A DNA stretch of 64,000 nucleotides from Naegleria gruberi (Eukaryota): NCBI GenBank assembly GCA_000004985.1, contig GG738880.1, one strand, 5' to 3'. A program made the position numbers and the translations under genes. A model generated the notes under the pieces. That model worked only from the letters and a program-made list of their open reading frames with translations, was not told the origin of the DNA and did no database searches. Below, one piece after another: positions 55,701 through 64,000 of this stretch. How positions within the stretch are numbered: position 1 is the stretch's first letter; every line of letters begins with the position of its first letter.

Positions 55701-58700
55701 NNNNNNNNNNNNNNNNNNNNNNNNNNNNNNNNNNNNNNNNNNNNNNNNNNNNNNNNNNNNNNNNNNNNNNNNNNNNNNNNNNNNNNNNNNNNNNNNNNNN
55801 NNNNNNNNNNNNNNNNNNNNNNNNNNNNNNNNNNNNNNNNNNNNNNNNNNNNNNNNNNNNNNNNNNNNNNNNNNNNNNNNNNNNNNNNNNNNNNNNNNNN
55901 NNNNNNNNNNNNNNNNNNNNNNNNNNNNNNNNNNNNNNNNNNNNNNNNNNNNNNNNNNNNNNNNNNNNNNNNNNNNNNNNNNNNNNNNNNNNNNNNNNNN
56001 NNNNNNNNNNNNNNNNNNNNNNNNNNNNNNNNNNNNNNNNNNNNNNNNNNNNNNNNNNNNNNNNNNNNNNNNNNNNNNNNNNNNNNNNNNNNNNNNNNNN
56101 NNNNNNNNNNNNNNNNNNNNNNNNNNNNNNNNNNNNNNNNNNNNNNNNNNNNNNNNNNNNNNNNNNNNNNNNNNNNNNNNNNNNNNNNNNNNNNNNNNNN
56201 NNNNNNNNNNNNNNNNNNNNNNNNNNNNNNNNNNNNNNNNNNNNNNNNNNNNNNNNNNNNNNNNNNNNNNNNNNNNNNNNNNNNNNNNNNNNNNNNNNNN
56301 NNNNNNNNNNNNNNNNNNNNNNNNNNNNNNNNNNNNNNNNNNNNNNNNNNNNNNNNNNNNNNNNNNNNNNNNNNNNNNNNNNNNNNNNNNNNNNNNNNNN
56401 NNNNNNNNNNNNNNNNNNNNNNNNNNNNNNNNNNNNNNNNNNNNNNNNNNNNNNNNNNNNNNNNNNNNNNNNNNNNNNNNNNNNNNNNNNNNNNNNNNNN
56501 NNNNNNNNNNNNNNNNNNNNNNNNNNNNNNNNNNNNNNNNNNNNNNNNNNNNNNNNNNNNNNNNNNNNNNNNNNNNNNNNNNNNNNNNNNNNNNNNNNNN
56601 NNNNNNNNNNNNNNNNNNNNNNNNNNNNNNNNNNNNNNNNNNNNNNNNNNNNNNNNNNNNNNNNNNNNNNNNNNNNNNNNNNNNNNNNNNNNNNNNNNNN
56701 NNNNNNNNNNNNNNNNNNNNNNNNNNNNNNNNNNNNNNNNNNNNNNNNNNNNNNNNNNNNNNNNNNNNNNNNNNNNNNNNNNNNNNNNNNNNNNNNNNNN
56801 NNNNNNNNNNNNNNNNNNNNNNNNNNNNNNNNNNNNNNNNNNNNNNNNNNNNNNNNNNNNNNNNNNNNNNNNNNNNNNNNNNNNNNNNNNNNNNNNNNNN
56901 NNNNNNNNNNNNNNNNNNNNNNNNNNNNNNNNNNNNNNNNNNNNNNNNNNNNNNNNNNNNNNNNNNNNNNNNNNNNNNNNNNNNNNNNNNNNNNNNNNNN
57001 NNNNNNNNNNNNNNNNNNNNNNNNNNNNNNNNNNNNNNNNNNNNNNNNNNNNNNNNNNNNNNNNNNNNNNNNNNNNNNNNNNNNNNNNNNNNNNNNNNNN
57101 NNNNNNNNNNNNNNNNNNNNNNNNNNNNNNNNNNNNNNNNNNNNNNNNNNNNNNNNNNNNNNNNNNNNNNNNNNNNNNNNNNNNNNNNNNNNNNNNNNNN
57201 NNNNNNNNNNNNNNNNNNNNNNNNNNNNNNNNNNNNNNNNNNNNNNNNNNNNNNNNNNNNNNNNNNNNNNNNNNNNNNNNNNNNNNNNNNNNNNNNNNNN
57301 NNNNNNNNNNNNNNNNNNNNNNNNNNNNNNNNNNNNNNNNNNNNNNNNNNNNNNNNNNNNNNNNNNNNNNNNNNNNNNNNNNNNNNNNNNNNNNNNNNNN
57401 NNNNNNNNNNNNNNNNNNNNNNNNNNNNNNNNNNNNNNNNNNNNNNNNNNNNNNNNNNNNNNNNNNNNNNNNNNNNNNNNNNNNNNNNNNNNNNNNNNNN
57501 NNNNNNNNNNNNNNNNNNNNNNNNNNNNNNNNNNNNNNNNNNNNNNNNNNNNNNNNNNNNNNNNNNNNNNNNNNNNNNNNNNNNNNNNNNNNNNNNNNNN
57601 NNNNNNNNNNNNNNNNNNNNNNNNNNNNNNNNNNNNNNNNNNNNNNNNNNNNNNNNNNNNNNNNNNNNNNNNNNNNNNNNNNNNNNNNNNNNNNNNNNNN
57701 NNNNNNNNNNNNNNNNNNNNNNNNNNNNNNNNNNNNNNNNNNNNNNNNNNNNNNNNNNNNNNNNNNNNNNNNNNNNNNNNNNNNNNNNNNNNNNNNNNNN
57801 NNNNNNNNNNNNNNNNNNNNNNNNNNNNNNNNNNNNNNNNNNNNNNNNNNNNNNNNNNNNNNNNNNNNNNNNNNNNNNNNNNNNNNNNNNNNNNNNNNNN
57901 NNNNNNNNNNNNNNNNNNNNNNNNNNNNNNNNNNNNNNNNNNNNNNNNNNNNNNNNNNNNNNNNNNNNNNNNNNNNNNNNNNNNNNNNNNNNNNNNNNNN
58001 NNNNNNNNNNNNNNNNNNNNNNNNNNNNNNNNNNNNNNNNNNNNNNNNNNNNNNNNNNNNNNNNNNNNNNNNNNNNNNNNNNNNNNNNNNNNNNNNNNNN
58101 NNNNNNNNNNNNNNNNNNNNNNNNNNNNNNNNNNNNNNNNNNNNNNNNNNNNNNNNNNNNNNNNNNNNNNNNNNNNNNNNNNNNNNNNNNNNNNNNNNNN
58201 NNNNNNNNNNNNNNNNNNNNNNNNNNNNNNNNNNNNNNNNNNNNNNNNNNNNNNNNNNNNNNNNNNNNNNNNNNNNNNNNNNNNNNNNNNNNNNNNNNNN
58301 NNNNNNNNNNNNNNNNNNNNNNNNNNNNNNNNNNNNNNNNNNNNNNNNNNNNNNNNNNNNNNNNNNNNNNNNNNNNNNNNNNNNNNNNNNNNNNNNNNNN
58401 NNNNNNNNNNNNNNNNNNNNNNNNNNNNNNNNNNNNNNNNNNNNNNNNNNNNNNNNNNNNNNNNNNNNNNNNNNNNNNNNNNNNNNNNNNNNNNNNNNNN
58501 NNNNNNNNNNNNNNNNNNNNNNNNNNNNNNNNNNNNNNNNNNNNNNNNNNNNNNNNNNNNNNNNNNNNNNNNNNNNNNNNNNNNNNNNNNNNNNNNNNNN
58601 NNNNNNNNNNNNNNNNNNNNNNNNNNNNNNNNNNNNNNNNNNNNNNNNNNNNNNNNNNNNNNNNNNNNNNNNNNNNNNNNNNNNNNNNNNNNNNNNNNNN

Positions 58701-61700
58701 NNNNNNNNNNNNNNNNNNNNNNNNNNNNNNNNNNNNNNNNNNNNNNNNNNNNNNNNNNNNNNNNNNNNNNNNNNNNNNNNNNNNNNNNNNNNNNNNNNNN
58801 NNNNNNNNNNNNNNNNNNNNNNNNNNNNNNNNNNNNNNNNNNNNNNNNNNNNNNNNNNNNNNNNNNNNNNNNNNNNNNNNNNNNNNNNNNNNNNNNNNNN
58901 NNNNNNNNNNNNNNNNNNNNNNNNNNNNNNNNNNNNNNNNNNNNNNNNNNNNNNNNNNNNNNNNNNNNNNNNNNNNNNNNNNNNNNNNNNNNNNNNNNNN
59001 NNNNNNNNNNNNNNNNNNNNNNNNNNNNNNNNNNNNNNNNNNNNNNNNNNNNNNNNNNNNNNNNNNNNNNNNNNNNNNNNNNNNNNNNNNNNNNNNNNNN
59101 NNNNNNNNNNNNNNNNNNNNNNNNNNNNNNNNNNNNNNNNNNNNNNNNNNNNNNNNNNNNNNNNNNNNNNNNNNNNNNNNNNNNNNNNNNNNNNNNNNNN
59201 NNNNNNNNNNNNNNNNNNNNNNNNNNNNNNNNNNNNNNNNNNNNNNNNNNNNNNNNNNNNNNNNNNNNNNNNNNNNNNNNNNNNNNNNNNNNNNNNNNNN
59301 NNNNNNNNNNNNNNNNNNNNNNNNNNNNNNNNNNNNNNNNNNNNNNNNNNNNNNNNNNNNNNNNNNNNNNNNNNNNNNNNNNNNNNNNNNNNNNNNNNNN
59401 NNNNNNNNNNNNNNNNNNNNNNNNNNNNNNNNNNNNNNNNNNNNNNNNNNNNNNNNNNNNNNNNNNNNNNNNNNNNNNNNNNNNNNNNNNNNNNNNNNNN
59501 NNNNNNNNNNNNNNNNNNNNNNNNNNNNNNNNNNNNNNNNNNNNNNNNNNNNNNNNNNNNNNNNNNNNNNNNNNNNNNNNNNNNNNNNNNNNNNNNNNNN
59601 NNNNNNNNNNNNNNNNNNNNNNNNNNNNNNNNNNNNNNNNNNNNNNNNNNNNNNNNNNNNNNNNNNNNNNNNNNNNNNNNNNNNNNNNNNNNNNNNNNNN
59701 NNNNNNNNNNNNNNNNNNNNNNNNNNNNNNNNNNNNNNNNNNNNNNNNNNNNNNNNNNNNNNNNNNNNNNNNNNNNNNNNNNNNNNNNNNNNNNNNNNNN
59801 NNNNNNNNNNNNNNNNNNNNNNNNNNNNNNNNNNNNNNNNNNNNNNNNNNNNNNNNNNNNNNNNNNNNNNNNNNNNNNNNNNNNNNNNNNNNNNNNNNNN
59901 NNNNNNNNNNNNNNNNNNNNNNNNNNNNNNNNNNNNNNNNNNNNNNNNNNNNNNNNNNNNNNNNNNNNNNNNNNNNNNNNNNNNNNNNNNNNNNNNNNNN
60001 NNNNNNNNNNNNNNNNNNNNNNNNNNNNNNNNNNNNNNNNNNNNNNNNNNNNNNNNNNNNNNNNNNNNNNNNNNNNNNNNNNNNNNNNNNNNNNNNNNNN
60101 NNNNNNNNNNNNNNNNNNNNNNNNNNNNNNNNNNNNNNNNNNNNNNNNNNNNNNNNNNNNNNNNNNNNNNNNNNNNNNNNNNNNNNNNNNNNNNNNNNNN
60201 NNNNNNNNNNNNNNNNNNNNNNNNNNNNNNNNNNNNNNNNNNNNNNNNNNNNNNNNNNNNNNNNNNNNNNNNNNNNNNNNNNNNNNNNNNNNNNNNNNNN
60301 NNNNNNNNNNNNNNNNNNNNNNNNNNNNNNNNNNNNNNNNNNNNNNNNNNNNNNNNNNNNNNNNNNNNNNNNNNNNNNNNNNNNNNNNNNNNNNNNNNNN
60401 NNNNNNNNNNNNNNNNNNNNNNNNNNNNNNNNNNNNNNNNNNNNNNNNNNNNNNNNNNNNNNNNNNNNNNNNNNNNNNNNNNNNNNNNNNNNNNNNNNNN
60501 NNNNNNNNNNNNNNNNNNNNNNNNNNNNNNNNNNNNNNNNNNNNNNNNNNNNNNNNNNNNNNNNNNNNNNNNNNNNNNNNNNNNNNNNNNNNNNNNNNNN
60601 NNNNNNNNNNNNNNNNNNNNNNNNNNNNNNNNNNNNNNNNNNNNNNNNNNNNNNNNNNNNNNNNNNNNNNNNNNNNNNNNNNNNNNNNNNNNNNNNNNNN
60701 NNNNNNNNNNNNNNNNNNNNNNNNNNNNNNNNNNNNNNNNNNNNNNNNNNNNNNNNNNNNNNNNNNNNNNNNNNNNNNNNNNNNNNNNNNNNNNNNNNNN
60801 NNNNNNNNNNNNNNNNNNNNNNNNNNNNNNNNNNNNNNNNNNNNNNNNNNNNNNNNNNNNNNNNNNNNNNNNNNNNNNNNNNNNNNNNNNNNNNNNNNNN
60901 NNNNNNNNNNNNNNNNNNNNNNNNNNNNNNNNNNNNNNNNNNNNNNNNNNNNNNNNNNNNNNNNNNNNNNNNNNNNNNNNNNNNNNNNNNNNNNNNNNNN
61001 NNNNNNNNNNNNNNNNNNNNNNNNNNNNNNNNNNNNNNNNNNNNNNNNNNNNNNNNNNNNNNNNNNNNNNNNNNNNNNNNNNNNNNNNNNNNNNNNNNNN
61101 NNNNNNNNNNNNNNNNNNNNNNNNNNNNNNNNNNNNNNNNNNNNNNNNNNNNNNNNNNNNNNNNNNNNNNNNNNNNNNNNNNNNNNNNNNNNNNNNNNNN
61201 NNNNNNNNNNNNNNNNNNNNNNNNNNNNNNNNNNNNNNNNNNNNNNNNNNNNNNNNNNNNNNNNNNNNNNNNNNNNNNNNNNNNNNNNNNNNNNNNNNNN
61301 NNNNNNNNNNNNNNNNNNNNNNNNNNNNNNNNNNNNNNNNNNNNNNNNNNNNNNNNNNNNNNNNNNNNNNNNNNNNNNNNNNNNNNNNNNNNNNNNNNNN
61401 NNNNNNNNNNNNNNNNNNNNNNNNNNNNNNNNNNNNNNNNNNNNNNNNNNNNNNNNNNNNNNNNNNNNNNNNNNNNNNNNNNNNNNNNNNNNNNNNNNNN
61501 NNNNNNNNNNNNNNNNNNNNNNNNNNNNNNNNNNNNNNNNNNNNNNNNNNNNNNNNNNNNNNNNNNNNNNNNNNNNNNNNNNNNNNNNNNNNNNNNNNNN
61601 NNNNNNNNNNNNNNNNNNNNNNNNNNNNNNNNNNNNNNNNNNNNNNNNNNNNNNNNNNNNNNNNNNNNNNNNNNNNNNNNNNNNNNNNNNNNNNNNNNNN

Positions 61701-64000
61701 NNNNNNNNNNNNNNNNNNNNNNNNNNNNNNNNNNNNNNNNNNNNNNNNNNNNNNNNNNNNNNNNNNNNNNNNNNNNNNNNNNNNNNNNNNNNNNNNNNNN
61801 NNNNNNNNNNNNNNNNNNNNNNNNNNNNNNNNNNNNNNNNNNNNNNNNNNNNNNNNNNNNNNNNNNNNNNNNNNNNNNNNNNNNNNNNNNNNNNNNNNNN
61901 NNNNNNNNNNNNNNNNNNNNNNNNNNNNNNNNNNNNNNNNNNNNNNNNNNNNNNNNNNNNNNNNNNNNNNNNNNNNNNNNNNNNNNNNNNNNNNNNNNNN
62001 NNNNNNNNNNNNNNNNNNNNNNNNNNNNNNNNNNNNNNNNNNNNNNNNNNNNNNNNNNNNNNNNNNNNNNNNNNNNNNNNNNNNNNNNNNNNNNNNNNNN
62101 NNNNNNNNNNNNNNNNNNNNNNNNNNNNNNNNNNNNNNNNNNNNNNNNNNNNNNNNNNNNNNNNNNNNNNNNNNNNNNNNNNNNNNNNNNNNNNNNNNNN
62201 NNNNNNNNNNNNNNNNNNNNNNNNNNNNNNNNNNNNNNNNNNNNNNNNNNNNNNNNNNNNNNNNNNNNNNNNNNNNNNNNNNNNNNNNNNNNNNNNNNNN
62301 NNNNNNNNNNNNNNNNNNNNNNNNNNNNNNNNNNNNNNNNNNNNNNNNNNNNNNNNNNNNNNNNNNNNNNNNNNNNNNNNNNNNNNNNNNNNNNNNNNNN
62401 NNNNNNNNNNNNNNNNNNNNNNNNNNNNNNNNNNNNNNNNNNNNNNNNNNNNNNNNNNNNNNNNNNNNNNNNNNNNNNNNNNNNNNNNNNNNNNNNNNNN
62501 NNNNNNNNNNNNNNNNNNNNNNNNNNNNNNNNNNNNNNNNNNNNNNNNNNNNNNNNNNNNNNNNNNNNNNNNNNNNNNNNNNNNNNNNNNNNNNNNNNNN
62601 NNNNNNNNNNNNNNNNNNNNNNNNNNNNNNNNNNNNNNNNNNNNNNNNNNNNNNNNNNNNNNNNNNNNNNNNNNNNNNNNNNNNNNNNNNNNNNNNNNNN
62701 NNNNNNNNNNNNNNNNNNNNNNNNNNNNNNNNNNNNNNNNNNNNNNNNNNNNNNNNNNNNNNNNNNNNNNNNNNNNNNNNNNNNNNNNNNNNNNNNNNNN
62801 NNNNNNNNNNNNNNNNNNNNNNNNNNNNNNNNNNNNNNNNNNNNNNNNNNNNNNNNNNNNNNNNNNNNNNNNNNNNNNNNNNNNNNNNNNNNNNNNNNNN
62901 NNNNNNNNNNNNNNNNNNNNNNNNNNNNNNNNNNNNNNNNNNNNNNNNNNNNNNNNNNNNNNNNNNNNNNNNNNNNNNNNNNNNNNNNNNNNNNNNNNNN
63001 NNNNNNNNNNNNNNNNNNNNNNNNNNNNNNNNNNNNNNNNNNNNNNNNNNNNNNNNNNNNNNNNNNNNNNNNNNNNNNNNNNNNNNNNNNNNNNNNNNNN
63101 NNNNNNNNNNNNNNNNNNNNNNNNNNNNNNNNNNNNNNNNNNNNNNNNNNNNNNNNNNNNNNNNNNNNNNNNNNNNNNNNNNNNNNNNNNNNNNNNNNNN
63201 NNNNNNNNNNNNNNNNNNNNNNNNNNNNNNNNNNNNNNNNNNNNNNNNNNNNNNNNNNNNNNNNNNNNNNNNNNNNNNNNNNNNNNNNNNNNNNNNNNNN
63301 NNNNNNNNNNNNNNNNNNNNNNNNNNNNNNNNNNNNNNNNNNNNNNNNNNNNNNNNNNNNNNNNNNNNNNNNNNNNNNNNNNNNNNNNNNNNNNNNNNNN
63401 NNNNNNNNNNNNNNNNNNNNNNNNNNNNNNNNNNNNNNNNNNNNNNNNNNNNNNNNNNNNNNNNNNNNNNNNNNNNNNNNNNNNNNNNNNNNNNNNNNNN
63501 NNNNNNNNNNNNNNNNNNNNNNNNNNNNNNNNNNNNNNNNNNNNNNNNNNNNNNNNNNNNNNNNNNNNNNNNNNNNNNNNNNNNNNNNNNNNNNNNNNNN
63601 NNNNNNNNNNNNNNNNNNNNNNNNNNNNNNNNNNNNNNNNNNNNNNNNNNNNNNNNNNNNNNNNNNNNNNNNNNNNNNNNNNNNNNNNNNNNNNNNNNNN
63701 NNNNNNNNNNNNNNNNNNNNNNNNNNNNNNNNNNNNNNNNNNNNNNNNNNNNNNNNNNNNNNNNNNNNNNNNNNNNNNNNNNNNNNNNNNNNNNNNNNNN
63801 NNNNNNNNNNNNNNNNNNNNNNNNNNNNNNNNNNNNNNNNNNNNNNNNNNNNNNNNNNNNNNNNNNNNNNNNNNNNNNNNNNNNNNNNNNNNNNNNNNNN
63901 NNNNNNNNNNNNNNNNNNNNNNNNNNNNNNNNNNNNNNNNNNNNNNNNNNNNNNNNNNNNNNNNNNNNNNNNNNNNNNNNNNNNNNNNNNNNNNNNNNNN
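40723..64000. other. Assembly gap (23,278 N)
   Basis: A run of n extending to the end of the window. Confidence 1.

Overview
This window is eukaryotic nuclear DNA, not prokaryotic. Only about 39.4 kb is real sequence. The rest is N-runs: 1008-2338, 39451-39500, and 40723-64000 (23.3 kb). The sequence is AT-rich, with even more AT-rich intergenic and intronic DNA. Predicted proteins are full of Asn, Gln, Thr and Ser homopolymer tracts. Genes carry short GT..AG introns of 42-242 nt, mostly with GTATGT or GTAAGT donors and TAG acceptors. ORFs end at TAA/TAG/TGA, so the genetic code is standard. ATG starts sit in A-rich contexts. These features together are most consistent with a dictyostelid-type social amoeba (Amoebozoa); that is an inference. 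Note that the supplied ORF track labels GTG and TTG starts as M, so several track starts are not real ATGs.

I reconstructed about 20 protein-coding genes by translating and splicing by eye:
- a GST-like protein, truncated by a gap
- a nodulin-like MFS transporter with 4 exons
- two hypothetical Asn-rich proteins
- a DPY30 homolog with a 7-nt first exon
- katanin p60
- the proteasome ubiquitin receptor Rpn13/ADRM1
- SGT1
- a coiled-coil protein with an 87-nt coding tandem repeat
- a Q/N-rich protein
- a small spliced Cys-rich ORF
- the mitochondrial J-protein DNAJC19/TIM14
- TTC27
- a kinesin-4 (chromokinesin-like) with 42-nt and 43-nt introns
- a divergent G-alpha-like protein with a C-terminal F-box-like motif
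- WDR33/Pfs2
- a roughly 8 kb single-exon DOCK-family GEF
- a C-terminal fragment of formate-tetrahydrofolate ligase
- a second, frameshifted copy of the transporter 5' region lying between gaps

There are no rRNA genes, CRISPR arrays or recognisable transposons, and I found no convincing tRNA. The most unusual items are the G-alpha/F-box fusion architecture, the near-identical duplicated transporter segment bounded by gaps, and the small intron-containing Cys-rich ORF.
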